From Candidatus Eiseniibacteriota bacterium (GTDB lineage Bacteria; Eisenbacteria; RBG-16-71-46; CAZAMP01): 64,000 bases of DNA. Positions 9,930 to 19,781 of this stretch are shown piece after piece. The notes under the pieces were generated by a model. The model was not told the origin of the DNA. It searched no databases and saw only the letters and a program-made list of their open reading frames with translations. The stretch lies in NCBI GenBank assembly GCA_965224245.1, contig OZ245046.1:3328001-3392000 (forward strand), read 5' to 3'. How positions within the stretch are numbered: the stretch's first letter is position 1; every line of letters starts with the position of its first letter. Both the position numbers and the translations under genes were made by a program.

Positions 9930-12659
9930 CTACTTCTGGGCGAGCCGGTAGATTCCATCCGGCCGGAACACGTCCCGGGCCAGCGCGTTGACCTCGTCCA
10001 GACCCACCCCCTCGATCGCGTCCACCGCGCGCGTGACCCGCTCGATGTTGGCGCCGTTGCCCACCGCGACCGCCAGCCGCCACGCCATGACCGAGTTGTC
10101 CTGCGCTCCCAGTACCCACGCGTTGCGGAGCTTCTGGATGGCGTCGCCGAAGACGTCCTCCCCGAAGCCCTCCTCGACGTACCGCGAGAGATCGGACTCG
10201 AAGGCCGCGAGGGTCTCGTCGAACCGCTCCCGCTGGACGTCGTTCTCCAGGATCCAGGTGCCGGCCCCCCAGTTGGGCCAGAACCGGATCCACGACCGGT
10301 AGGAGACCCCCATGTCGTAGACGTACTTGTAGAAGTGGTCGTCCCCCGCGAGTCTGGAGAGGACCGTGGACACCGCGAAGGCGTGGTCGTCGTCGAAGCT
10401 CACGCCGGGTCGACCCCAGTTGACGGTCCACTGGTCCTTGCCCATCTCGAGCGCTTCCAGGGCCGCCGGTGGCGACCAGGCGGGCAGCTCCGGCCGGACC
10501 ACCGGCCCGGCCGGCTCGGCCGGAACGTCGCTCCAGTGCGACGCGATCCAGTCGGCCATCTCCGCCGGCTCCACGTTCCCGACCAGGCTCACCACGGTCC
10601 GATCGGGCGTCCAGTGCGCGTCGTGAAACGCGCGCAGATCCTGGGCGGTGATGGACGCGAGCGTCTCCTCGGTGCCGGCCGTGGGACGCCCGTACGGATG
10701 GCCCCGGTAGGCCCGCGCGTAGAACTCCTGCTTGATGTACTCGAGGTTGTTCTCGGGCAAGCGACGGACCTCGTCCAGGAGGTCGGATCGGAGCTTCTCG
10801 ACCACGGTCTCCTCGAACGACGGAAAGAAGAGCGTCTCCTTCAGGATCGCGAGGATCTCGGGGGCCTGCGAGCGGAGCGCCACGACGTGATGCGCGCCGG
10901 AATCCCGGTAGTCCTGCTGGCGAGACGTGTTCGCGCGGCTCCCCACCGAGATGTGCGCGCTGGTCTCGATGGCCAGCGACGCGGTCAGGCGGTCGAAGCC
11001 CTCGCGGTCCCATCGCCGCGTCTCGCGCATGCCGAGCTCGGCCACGAAGCGATTGATCCCCGCCTTCTCGGGCGGCTCGACCCACTGTCCGCCCAGCACC
11101 CGCGCCGACGCGGCCAGAAGCTCCGAGGCGTCCCTGGGGCGCACGATGAGCGTCAATCCGTTCTCGTAGTCGTAGCGGTACACGCCATCCACGGGTGACG
11201 CCGGGGTGAACGCCAGGGGCTCACCGGACGGCGGCACGAGCGCCCCCGCCGCGTCGAGATCCGGGACGTCGATCGGCGGCGGGGCCTCCGGCTCGACTCG
11301 AACCGCGAGAACGTCGCCGGGCTGGACGTCCTGGGGATGGACGATCGCGGTCGTCACGCGGCGGGGGCGCAGCCAGCGCTCCTTGGCCGCCTGAACGTCC
11401 TCGGGGGTGACCGCGCGGAGCTCGTCGAGGTAGGCGCGCGCGCGGTCGAGGCCGCGGCGGCTGGCCAGGACCCCGATGCGCGAGCTGAGATCCGAGAGCG
11501 TCTCCCGCTGACGCGCCTCGTCGGCGATCATCGAGCGCAGCGTCTCGTCGAACACCGACCGCGGGATGGCGGTCGCGTCGAAGGACATCACGAAGTCCTG
11601 GATGAACGCGCGCACGGCCTCGGTGTTCTCGGGCGCGAAGCGGGCCCAGATCCGGAACGCGCCGTGGTCGCGCATCACGTAGTGCCCCGCGAACACCCCA
11701 GTCACCCACTTCTCCTGCTCCACGAGGTACTGGGGCAGCCCGGCCGTCGAATCGTTCAGGAGCGCGGCGAGCACGTCGAGCGCCAGGACGTCGGGATCGG
11801 AGCCGCCGGGGGTCAGAACGCCGGTCAGGAGCTCGGTGCTCGTGGCCTGCGTGAGGTGGTCCACGCGCGTCCGGGGTCCGAGCTGCTCGGGCTCGGGGAG
11901 GCCCAGCTCGAACGACGCCGGTCCCGGCGAGAGCCCCCCGAAGACCTCACCTACCTCGCGCAGGATCTCGTCTCGCTCGAAGTCGCCCGCCAGGCAGAGA
12001 ATCATGTGGTTGGGCGTGAAGCGCTCGCGGTAGTACGCCTCGGTCAGGTGCATGTCGAGCTCCCGGACCGCCTTCTCCGATCCGATGACCGGACGGCCGT
12101 ACGGGTGCACCGTGAACGCCGTGGCATCCCACGCGTTGTACAGGAGGTTCCCTGGGCGCTCGAAGCCCCTCTCCATCTCCTGGAACACGACCTTCTTCTC
12201 GGCCTCGAACCACTCCTGCTCGAACTGGAGATCCAGGAGCCCCTCTCGAAACGTCCGGAACGCCTCGGAGAACGTCTCCACCGGCGCCTCGAAGCCGAAG
12301 TTGATCTCGTCGTCCCAGGTCCAGCCGCCGCTCTCCCGTCCCAGCGTGCTCATGCGCTTGCGAAACTCGGTCGGCGCGAGGTTCGGGGTTCCCCCCTTGA
12401 ACACGAGGTGCTCGATGTAGTGCAGCGAGCCCTGGTAATACTCGTCCTCGGTCCGCCCCCCCGTCGTCACGTAGAGATCGCAGGCGATGATCGGATGGGC
12501 GTGTCGTTCGGCGAGCAGCACGGTGAGCCCGTTGTCGAGCACGACTACCTCGAACCCGGACGTGGCGTCCGATCCGGGGGATGCGGGTGCCGCCGGAGTC
12601 GAGCCGGGCAGCGTGAGCGCTCCCGCGAGCGCTGCGATGCAAACCGTCTTCACGTTCAT
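9930..12659 (-). CDS. Secreted M16 (pitrilysin/PqqL-like) zinc peptidase, four-domain form
   Basis: Start MNVKTVCIAALAG (signal peptide); LDNGLTV; inverted zinc motif HYIEH; HPYGRPVIG; second half has HPYGRPTAG but lacks HxxEH. Confidence 0.92.
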   Translation of the reverse strand: MNVKTVCIAALAGALTLPGSTPAAPASPGSDATSGFEVVVLDNGLTVLLAERHAHPIIACDLYVTTGGRTEDEYYQGSLHYIEHLVFKGGTPNLAPTEFRKRMSTLGRESGGWTWDDEINFGFEAPVETFSEAFRTFREGLLDLQFEQEWFEAEKKVVFQEMERGFERPGNLLYNAWDATAFTVHPYGRPVIGSEKAVRELDMHLTEAYYRERFTPNHMILCLAGDFERDEILREVGEVFGGLSPGPASFELGLPEPEQLGPRTRVDHLTQATSTELLTGVLTPGGSDPDVLALDVLAALLNDSTAGLPQYLVEQEKWVTGVFAGHYVMRDHGAFRIWARFAPENTEAVRAFIQDFVMSFDATAIPRSVFDETLRSMIADEARQRETLSDLSSRIGVLASRRGLDRARAYLDELRAVTPEDVQAAKERWLRPRRVTTAIVHPQDVQPGDVLAVRVEPEAPPPIDVPDLDAAGALVPPSGEPLAFTPASPVDGVYRYDYENGLTLIVRPRDASELLAASARVLGGQWVEPPEKAGINRFVAELGMRETRRWDREGFDRLTASLAIETSAHISVGSRANTSRQQDYRDSGAHHVVALRSQAPEILAILKETLFFPSFEETVVEKLRSDLLDEVRRLPENNLEYIKQEFYARAYRGHPYGRPTAGTEETLASITAQDLRAFHDAHWTPDRTVVSLVGNVEPAEMADWIASHWSDVPAEPAGPVVRPELPAWSPPAALEALEMGKDQWTVNWGRPGVSFDDDHAFAVSTVLSRLAGDDHFYKYVYDMGVSYRSWIRFWPNWGAGTWILENDVQRERFDETLAAFESDLSRYVEEGFGEDVFGDAIQKLRNAWVLGAQDNSVMAWRLAVAVGNGANIERVTRAVDAIEGVGLDEVNALARDVFRPDGIYRLAQK

Positions 12660-12697
12660 GGTCACCTCGTCCGCGAGTCGTCGTGCATGATGGTCAC

Positions 12698-14566
12698 TCA
12701 GCGGTTCTCCAGTCGATCGACCTGCTCGAGCATGCTGCGTGCAACCGGTCCGGACATGACCGGATCGATCTCCAGCGCGCGCTCGAACTGCCGGCGTCCC
12801 GCTTCGAGATCGCCGCGAACACAGTAGATCTGTCCTCGAGAGATGTAGATCCCGCCCTCTCGAGGATCCAGGGCCTCGGCCTCGTCGATCGCCGCCAGCG
12901 CATCGTCGTAGGCGCCGGCCAGCGTCAGCAGCTGTCCGAGCCGCACCCAGCGCTCGGCGGTGGGCTGGAGCGCGATCGCCTTCCTGATCGCCTCCGCGGC
13001 CCGGTCCGGTCGCTGGAGACGCTGGTGGATGGTCGAGGCGTAGTGCCACGCCTGCGCGTCGCGCGGGTTCTCCTCGAGCGCGGCCTCGATCTCGGCCAGG
13101 GCCTCGTCGTGGTGCCCGGCGGCGCTCCGCTCCATCGCCCGGGATGCGCGTTCCCAGGCTCCGATCATGTCCTTCGGGTCGGGTCGCGCGTCGGACGACG
13201 ACGCCGGCCGGCTTCCGGCCCCGACGTAGCCCAGCGCGGCCAGGCGCCGTCGCTGCTCGGGCGTGACGGACGCCGCCCGGTCGGCCGACGGCTCGACCGG
13301 CGGCCACGCCGAGAGCCGCCGGTCCAGCTCGGTCACGAGCACATCCAGCGCATCCGGATACTCCCGATATCGGTTCGTCAGCTCGCCGGGATCCTCCTCG
13401 ACGACGTAGTACTCGGGCTCCGGGGCTCGGATGTACTTGTCGTGGAGGCGGCGCAGGCCGAACAGGGGCGCCCAGCCGTGGTTCTCCAGCGGCACCAGCG
13501 TCTCCACGTAGATCGCGCGTGATCGATCTCCCCGGGCCAGGAGATGGCGGGCCGTCGGGCTCGGCGGTGCGCCCGCGATGCCCAGGAGGTCCAGGACGGT
13601 CGGCATCACGTCGACGAGCCCCACGACGCGGTCGGATACGCGCACCGCTTCGGGAAACAGCGCCGGTGCATGCAGGACCAGGGGGACGCGCTGCGTGGTG
13701 TCGTAGACGAGGCGTGAGTGCGTCGCCTCTCCGTGATCCCCCAGCCCCTCACCGTGATCGGCGGTCAGGACGACGAGCGTGGTGGGTAGCACGTCCGCCA
13801 GGTAGAGATGCGTCATCAGGCCATCCACGTTCGCGTCGATGAAGGCGATCTCGCCGTCGTACGGCTCGTTCTCGTACTCCTCGAAGAAGCCGGGACCGAG
13901 CTCGTACGGCTGATGGGCGTCGAAGTAGTGGACCCACATGAAGAACGGCTGGCCGGACGCGCGATCGCGGTACGCGTCGAACCAGTCGACCGCCGACCGG
14001 GTCACGACGTCCGCACGACGCTGATTCAGGTGCCCTGCGCGGGTCTTGCCCGCCGTCGCCTCGATTGCGTCGTCGTAGGTGTGAAACCCCTGTGCGAGCC
14101 CGTAGCGCGAGTCGAGGACGTAGCTCGCCACGAACGCGGCGGTCTCGTAGCCGGCGTCGCGGAGAACCTCCGCCATCGTCACCACGTCGTCCGCGACGAC
14201 GTAGCTCCCGTTGTTGCGCACCCCGTGATCGGGGGGCTCGAGCCCGGTGAAGATCGTCGCGTGGGACGGAAGGGTCGTCGGGGTCGGCGCGATCGCCTGC
14301 TCGAAGACGATGCCCGGCGCCGCGAAACGATCCAGCGTCCGCGTGCTGCCACGCTCGTAGCCGTACGTGCCGAGCCGGTCGGCGCGCACGGTGTCGAGCG
14401 TGATCACGAGCAGATTGAAATCGGTGGCACGGCCGGTCATGGTGTCGGCGGCGTCGGCAGCGTCCGCGGCGGCGCCGGCGAGTCCGCAGAGGACCGCGAT
14501 CCACGAGCGCGTGCCGGCGGCAGGGCGGCATCCGGCGCGCCGGAGCCGGTTGTGGTTTCGGTGCAC
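12698..14566 (-). CDS. Sulfatase-like hydrolase/transferase (alkaline phosphatase superfamily) with C-terminal TPRs
   Basis: LLVITLDTVRADRLG, TLPSHATIFTG, WVHYFDAHQPY, YDGEIAFID, TADHGEGLGDHGE, LAALGY followed by TPRs. Confidence 0.9.
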   Translation of the reverse strand: MHRNHNRLRRAGCRPAAGTRSWIAVLCGLAGAAADAADAADTMTGRATDFNLLVITLDTVRADRLGTYGYERGSTRTLDRFAAPGIVFEQAIAPTPTTLPSHATIFTGLEPPDHGVRNNGSYVVADDVVTMAEVLRDAGYETAAFVASYVLDSRYGLAQGFHTYDDAIEATAGKTRAGHLNQRRADVVTRSAVDWFDAYRDRASGQPFFMWVHYFDAHQPYELGPGFFEEYENEPYDGEIAFIDANVDGLMTHLYLADVLPTTLVVLTADHGEGLGDHGEATHSRLVYDTTQRVPLVLHAPALFPEAVRVSDRVVGLVDVMPTVLDLLGIAGAPPSPTARHLLARGDRSRAIYVETLVPLENHGWAPLFGLRRLHDKYIRAPEPEYYVVEEDPGELTNRYREYPDALDVLVTELDRRLSAWPPVEPSADRAASVTPEQRRRLAALGYVGAGSRPASSSDARPDPKDMIGAWERASRAMERSAAGHHDEALAEIEAALEENPRDAQAWHYASTIHQRLQRPDRAAEAIRKAIALQPTAERWVRLGQLLTLAGAYDDALAAIDEAEALDPREGGIYISRGQIYCVRGDLEAGRRQFERALEIDPVMSGPVARSMLEQVDRLENR

Positions 14567-14599
14567 GGCAGCCTCTCGTCGGGGTTCGAGTCGCGGCGC

Positions 14600-14605
14600 A
14601 TTCTA
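14600..14605 (-). promoter_or_regulatory. Putative -10 element (TAGAAT) for the sulfatase-M16 genes
   Basis: TAGAAT on the minus strand about 33 nt upstream of the GTG at 14566, in a divergent intergenic gap. Confidence 0.4.
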
Positions 14606-14622
14606 ACCGACCCGGGACGACC

Positions 14623-15285
14623 ATGAGAACCCGATCACCCCAGGCGATGGCACCCCCGGGCGCCATGCGGCGCCTGGGCCCGCTGATCATGCCCTACGCG
14701 GTGATGCTGGTCGGCCTTCACGGCATCGGCAGCGCGTGGGGCGCGATGCTCGCCTACCACGCGATCGCGGTCGTATGGATGGGCCGCTCCCGCGGCCGGG
14801 TCTTCCGCCTACTCACCGCCGGACGCGACGCCAGGTTCCTCGCCGTCGCGATCGTCTTCGGCGCGATCGGCGGGCTCCTGATGCACGCGCTCGCCCCGTG
14901 GCTGGACGCGAACCGGTCCCTTCACGCCATGATGCAGGACGCACTCGCCACGTACGGTTTCGGGGAGCGGTCCTGGATCGCGTTCGCCGCCTACCATGGG
15001 ATCGTGAACCCCGTCGTGGAGGAGGCGTACTGGCGGGGCTGGCTCGGCTCGCCGGCGCGCGGCCTCCGGATCGAGGACGTCGCGTTCGCCGGCTATCATC
15101 TCGTCGTGCTGGCACCGTTCATCGAGCCGATCTGGCTCGGGGTCAGCCTCGTCTCGCTGACCGCGGCGGCCTGGCTCTGGCGCCGGGCACGGGTGCATAC
15201 TGGCGGGCTCGCTCCGGCCGTGGCCAGTCACATGGCCGCCGACGTCTCGATCATGTGGGTCCTGACCCGTCACGCGTCCGGGTGA
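14623..15285 (+). CDS. CPBP (CAAX/Abi) family intramembrane glutamic protease
   Basis: Hydrophobic; EEAYWRG, FAGYH and SHMAAD motifs intact; exact start uncertain. Confidence 0.85.
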   Translation: MRTRSPQAMAPPGAMRRLGPLIMPYAVMLVGLHGIGSAWGAMLAYHAIAVVWMGRSRGRVFRLLTAGRDARFLAVAIVFGAIGGLLMHALAPWLDANRSLHAMMQDALATYGFGERSWIAFAAYHGIVNPVVEEAYWRGWLGSPARGLRIEDVAFAGYHLVVLAPFIEPIWLGVSLVSLTAAAWLWRRARVHTGGLAPAVASHMAADVSIMWVLTRHASG

Positions 15286-15310
15286 TGCGCGGAGAGCCCA
15301 GTGCGCGTCG

Positions 15311-16600
15311 TCACCCGCCGGCGAGCTCCGGATTGAAGTACCCGTAGCGGAGCGCGGGATGCACGGCACGGAGCTCGGCCATCAGCCAGCGCATGCCGCG
15401 CCCGGGACGGACGGCCCCTGCCGGGAGGATCCGTGCATACAGCTCGGGATCGATGTTCAGATTGCGCATCTGGATCATGTCGAGCCCGACCTCCGCGATC
15501 AGGCGCAGGAGCGCGTCGCGCTCGGCCTCGGTGTCCGTCACCCCGGGGAAGCACAGGAGGTTGATCGACGTGTGCCCGCCGTGATCGTGAACGATGCGCA
15601 GGCTTTCGACCACGTCGCCGCCGTCGTAGCCGCGGGGCTGATAGTACGCACGATAGACGTCGGGGCGCGGCGAGTTCAGGCTCGCGCGCATCGCGTCCAG
15701 CCCGGCCTCGCACAGGCGACGGACCACGTCGGGTCGACTGGCGTTCGAGTTCAGGTTGATCGTGCCGCGCGACGTCGCGGCCCGGATCTGGCGCGTGGCC
15801 TCCACCAGCACGTCACCGAGGAGAAGCGGCTCGCCTTCGCACCCCTGACCGAAGCTCACGACGCCATCCGGCACGCGCGAGAGATGTCCGAGCGCGACCG
15901 CCGCGACCTCGTCCGGTCGCGGGGCCACGTCCAGCCGCTCGTGGCTCGCCCGGAACTGCCCGTCGGGCTGTAGCGAGATGCAGCCCACGCACTGCGCGTT
16001 GCACGCGACGCTCACCGGCAGGGGCGCCTCGTGTCGTCCGAGGAAGTAGTTCTGGGATGCGCGACACGCGTACTCCAGCGCACAGCGCTCGAGCTGCTCC
16101 ACGACGCGATTGGATCCGAGCTCCCTGCGACGGGCGGCCACGCCGCGGCGAATCGCGCCGTCGTCGAAGCGCCACGGCTCCTGCCGGGGATCGGGATCCA
16201 CGCGCACCGCGCTGACCCAGTAGCGCTCGTCCGCGAAGCCGATCGCCGTGTACGCGTACGTGGGCAGCGTCGGCGCCTCGCCGGCGGTCACGAACGCGAC
16301 GCTGTGACACGACGTGTGGGCCGGCGACAGAAACGCCGCCACCGCCCGCGCCTCGCCGCCCATCCAGCGGTCGACGCGAACCGGATCGCCGCTGACGGGG
16401 TCCACGCCGACCGGGCGGCGGGCCGGCAGCGCGAAGAGATCGCTCCCGCGCGGCAGCTCGATCAGCTCCTCGACCGGCAGCGGCCGGGGGCCGGCGCCCC
16501 GCTCCCCCGCCACCAGGAGCCGGTCGTGGTCGTAGATGCGGCCCTCGCGGTCGGCCACGAGCAACCGAACGGGCTCTCGCGGCCGGCGTCCGGGGGTCAA
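15311..16600 (-). CDS. Radical SAM protein of unknown function
   Basis: CNAQCVGC (CxxxCxxC); SFGQGCEGEP; QMRNLNIDP; TTG start overlaps the upstream stop. Confidence 0.9.
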   Translation of the reverse strand: MTPGRRPREPVRLLVADREGRIYDHDRLLVAGERGAGPRPLPVEELIELPRGSDLFALPARRPVGVDPVSGDPVRVDRWMGGEARAVAAFLSPAHTSCHSVAFVTAGEAPTLPTYAYTAIGFADERYWVSAVRVDPDPRQEPWRFDDGAIRRGVAARRRELGSNRVVEQLERCALEYACRASQNYFLGRHEAPLPVSVACNAQCVGCISLQPDGQFRASHERLDVAPRPDEVAAVALGHLSRVPDGVVSFGQGCEGEPLLLGDVLVEATRQIRAATSRGTINLNSNASRPDVVRRLCEAGLDAMRASLNSPRPDVYRAYYQPRGYDGGDVVESLRIVHDHGGHTSINLLCFPGVTDTEAERDALLRLIAEVGLDMIQMRNLNIDPELYARILPAGAVRPGRGMRWLMAELRAVHPALRYGYFNPELAGG

Positions 16601-18048
16601 CGCACGCCCCTCCCGCCCAGCCAGAGCACGCGCGCGCTGGCATCGCCGGCCCGGATCCAGTAGAGCCCGGCAGGCGCGGGCCGCCCCGCGGCCAGCATCC
16701 CGTCCCAGCGGGCGCGTCGGTCGTCGGAGACCTGGAGCCAGCGCACGTGCCGTCCGGCCGCGTCGACCACCTCCGCGCGATCGACGGCACCGGCATCGGG
16801 CAACGTGACCCGGATCGACGTCGTCGACGGATTCGGAGAGACGCGGATCACGCGTGGCGAGTCGGCGACCGGCGGGACCCCGACCGCGTCACACCCCCCG
16901 TAGCCGACGCCCCCCACGATGCCGCAGTAGGCGCCGTCCGGGTGGAAGCCCGGCAGGCACGGGGAGTCGACCCGGAGCCCCAGCCCGGCGTCGGGATCGC
17001 AGTAGCGGGGATCGGTCGAGAAGTTGCCGTCGACGCCCAGCTGAGCGGCGATCGGCCCGACCCAGTCGCCACCCGCATTGCCATGGATGTCGGTGCACGC
17101 GAACGCCGGTGCCGACTCGGTGAGCGCCACCGCCGGTCCCCCGAGCCCGTCGGTCACCAGCGTCGATACGACGACGGGGTCGGACCGCTCGAACTCGAAC
17201 GCCGACCCGTCGGCCGCCTCGTTGCGGTGGAACGTGCAGCTCTCGATCCGGGCGTGCGAGAGCCGGGCCAGCCGGACGCCGGCCCCCGTCGAGGCGACGT
17301 TGCCGACGAACGAGCAGTGCGAGATGGTGGGCAGCGCGAGCCACCAAGCGGAGACGGCCGCGCCGGTGATCGCGGTGTTCTCGACGAACTCGCAGTCCCG
17401 CACCTCTGGCGACATCCGGTACAGGAAGAGGGCGCCTCCCGACGAGTCGGCCGCGTTCCGTTCGAAGCGGCAGCCGCGAAGCTCGGGCTCGATGTAGGCC
17501 GCATAGACCGCACCCCCGAACGTGGAGCGGTTGTCCTCGAACACGCAGTCCACGATCACCGGCGACGAGACGTCCGAGCGCAGACCGCCGCCCTTCGCGT
17601 ACTCGCCCTGCGTGGCGTTGTCCACCAGATGACAGCGGCGGATCACCGGCGAGGACTGATAGCAGTAGATGCCGCCGCCGCTTCCGAACGGCCGGCCGCG
17701 CGTGATGCGCAGCCCCTCTATGACCGCGTCCTCGACGTACTCGCAGGCGATCCCGCGCCCGGCCAGCTCGGCGTCGATCGTCACGCAGTCCGGTTCGCCG
17801 TCCACGCTGCGCAGGGTGACCCCGGACTTCATCTCGAGGTCGTGCTCGAGGTAGGTGCCGCAGGCGACCGACACGGTGTCCCCCGGCGTCGCCAGCGCCA
17901 GGCCGGCTGCGATCGTCTCGGCGTCCCCGCCGCCGTCCTGACGCACCGAGATCACTCCCGCCGCGGCGGGCACGATCGGGGTCACGAGGAGGAGCGTCGC
18001 GATCGCGCGACTGACACGAGCCGGCATCCTGTGCGCGGAGAGAAGCAT
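16597..18048 (-). CDS. Secreted right-handed parallel beta-helix repeat protein with FlgD-Ig/T9SS-like C-terminal domain
   Basis: Repeated GGG/GGA...SP.I..C.F..N units; DSPCLPG; PNPSTTS...WDG...GLYW; start at 18048 supported by an adjacent -10 box. Confidence 0.85.
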   Translation of the reverse strand: MLLSAHRMPARVSRAIATLLLVTPIVPAAAGVISVRQDGGGDAETIAAGLALATPGDTVSVACGTYLEHDLEMKSGVTLRSVDGEPDCVTIDAELAGRGIACEYVEDAVIEGLRITRGRPFGSGGGIYCYQSSPVIRRCHLVDNATQGEYAKGGGLRSDVSSPVIVDCVFEDNRSTFGGAVYAAYIEPELRGCRFERNAADSSGGALFLYRMSPEVRDCEFVENTAITGAAVSAWWLALPTISHCSFVGNVASTGAGVRLARLSHARIESCTFHRNEAADGSAFEFERSDPVVVSTLVTDGLGGPAVALTESAPAFACTDIHGNAGGDWVGPIAAQLGVDGNFSTDPRYCDPDAGLGLRVDSPCLPGFHPDGAYCGIVGGVGYGGCDAVGVPPVADSPRVIRVSPNPSTTSIRVTLPDAGAVDRAEVVDAAGRHVRWLQVSDDRRARWDGMLAAGRPAPAGLYWIRAGDASARVLWLGGRGVR

Positions 18049-18054
18049 GCAACC

Positions 18055-18060
18055 AGTATA
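18055..18060 (-). promoter_or_regulatory. -10 element TATACT 6 nt before ATG 18048 (leaderless-type)
   Basis: Minus strand reads ggc-TATACT-ggttgc-ATG. Confidence 0.55.
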
Positions 18061-18113
18061 GCCCGGTCGATCGGCGCAGCGCGACGGGTCGAGCCCACGC
18101 TCGGCCGCGCGGC

Positions 18114-19781
18114 TCACTGGCGCCATCCCCGACGGTAGGCGTCCACGAGGACCGGCCGCATCTTGGTGTTCACCGGCACGTCGGCGCTCGCCACCAGCGC
18201 GTCTCGCCCGAACGTGAATGCGGCGTCGATCACGTCGGGGGTCACGTACCGGACCCCCACCGGAAGCCGGCGCACGTCGCGAAGACGTTCGCGCATCTCC
18301 TCGGCCGACGGTCCGGCGAGCCAGGCCAGATGCCACCCCCACTCGCCGAAGCTCGGCACGTGGTCGTGATAGGGCAGCGTCCGGAAACCCGCCGCGTCGA
18401 GCGTGCGACCGATGCAGACGAAGGCGTCCTTGGCCTCGTACGGGCTCGTCGACTGCACCGACACGACCGTCCCGGCGCCCATGCGCGCGCCGAGCGCGCG
18501 ATAGAACTCGGCCGAGTAGAGCTTGGCCAGCTCGACGGTGTCGGGATCTGGGAAGTCGATGATGACGACGTCGGCCGGAACCGCTGCATCGGCCACGAAG
18601 CGATCCGCGTCCACGTTCACGACGTGAACCTCTGCCGTGTCGTACGTGGAGTCGTCCAGGAGCGAGTGGGCCAGGTGAGACGGCTGGCGGAGCGTGACGC
18701 TCGCGCCCGGCGTGATCCCCGATGCGGCGACCTCCCGTACGCGCGCGTCGACCAGCGCGTGCCGGTTCAGGGTCACGAGCTCGGGATGCGTCGCGAACAG
18801 CTCGGTCACCGCCGGATCCAGATCCACGAGCGTGACCTCGCGCACGTCACCGTAGCGCAGCACCTCTCGGAGGGCCAGCCCGTCGCCGCCCCCCAGGATC
18901 AGCACCCGCTCGCGACGGGGCGCGATCGCCATCGGGACGTGTACGAGCAGCTCGTGGTAGATGGCCTCGTCGCGTGAGGAGAACTGGAGATGGCCGTTGA
19001 TGTAGAACCGCACGTCGTCGGCGCGCTTGGTGATCACGAGATGCTGGTAGGGCGACGTCGTCGAGACCACGATCGGATCCCGGTAGCAGCGCTGCTCCAG
19101 CGTCGCCATCACGCGGTCGGCGTTCACGAAGGCAACCCCGAGGGTGCCCACGGCCGCCACCGTCGCCGCGGCCAGGGGCGTCCGCCGCCGTACGAGCGGC
19201 CAGAAGTAGGCCAGCCCACCCACCGCGAGGAGGACGTTGACGATGCCGAGCGCGGCGGCGATCTCGGGGATCGACACGTGCCGGATCAGCACGTACGCGA
19301 ACAGGAGTGCGCCGACGAGGGCTCCCACGTAGTCCATGCTGAGGATCTCGGAGAGGTTGGCCCTGAGCGTGCGGGAGTACTGCGTGTTCACACGCAGCAG
19401 CACCGGGATCTCGAGCCCGATCAGGGCGCCCACGATGAACGCGAACCCGTACAGCACCACCTCGTAGGCGGGGGACGCCACGAACACCGCGTAGATGGCC
19501 AGCGTGCTGAGTCCCCCGAACACGCCGAGCAGGATCTCGATCCCCAGGAAGACGTCTATCAGGTCGCCCACGAGCTGCCGCTGCGCGACGGCACCCACCC
19601 CCATCGCGAACATCATGATCCCGATGATCACGAAGACCTGCTCGTACGAGCTGCCCATCAGGTGGTTGCCGAGAACGCCGAGCGTGTACTCGTAGATGAT
19701 CCCGCACGCCCCCATGACCAGCATCGAGAGCGCGAGCACCCATCTCGCGTGGCGATACCGCCTGGTCCGGTCGGCTGGCAT
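18114..19781 (-). CDS. speE: Membrane-anchored polyamine aminopropyltransferase (spermidine synthase-like)
   Basis: N-terminal TM region (GACGIIYEY, LIGLEIP, DYVGAL); SPYQHL, QFSSRDEAIYHELLVH, LILGGGDGLALRE, IIDFPDP, KLYSAEFY, VPSFGEWG; ATG overlaps the upstream TGA. Confidence 0.9.
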   Translation of the reverse strand: MPADRTRRYRHARWVLALSMLVMGACGIIYEYTLGVLGNHLMGSSYEQVFVIIGIMMFAMGVGAVAQRQLVGDLIDVFLGIEILLGVFGGLSTLAIYAVFVASPAYEVVLYGFAFIVGALIGLEIPVLLRVNTQYSRTLRANLSEILSMDYVGALVGALLFAYVLIRHVSIPEIAAALGIVNVLLAVGGLAYFWPLVRRRTPLAAATVAAVGTLGVAFVNADRVMATLEQRCYRDPIVVSTTSPYQHLVITKRADDVRFYINGHLQFSSRDEAIYHELLVHVPMAIAPRRERVLILGGGDGLALREVLRYGDVREVTLVDLDPAVTELFATHPELVTLNRHALVDARVREVAASGITPGASVTLRQPSHLAHSLLDDSTYDTAEVHVVNVDADRFVADAAVPADVVIIDFPDPDTVELAKLYSAEFYRALGARMGAGTVVSVQSTSPYEAKDAFVCIGRTLDAAGFRTLPYHDHVPSFGEWGWHLAWLAGPSAEEMRERLRDVRRLPVGVRYVTPDVIDAAFTFGRDALVASADVPVNTKMRPVLVDAYRRGWRQ

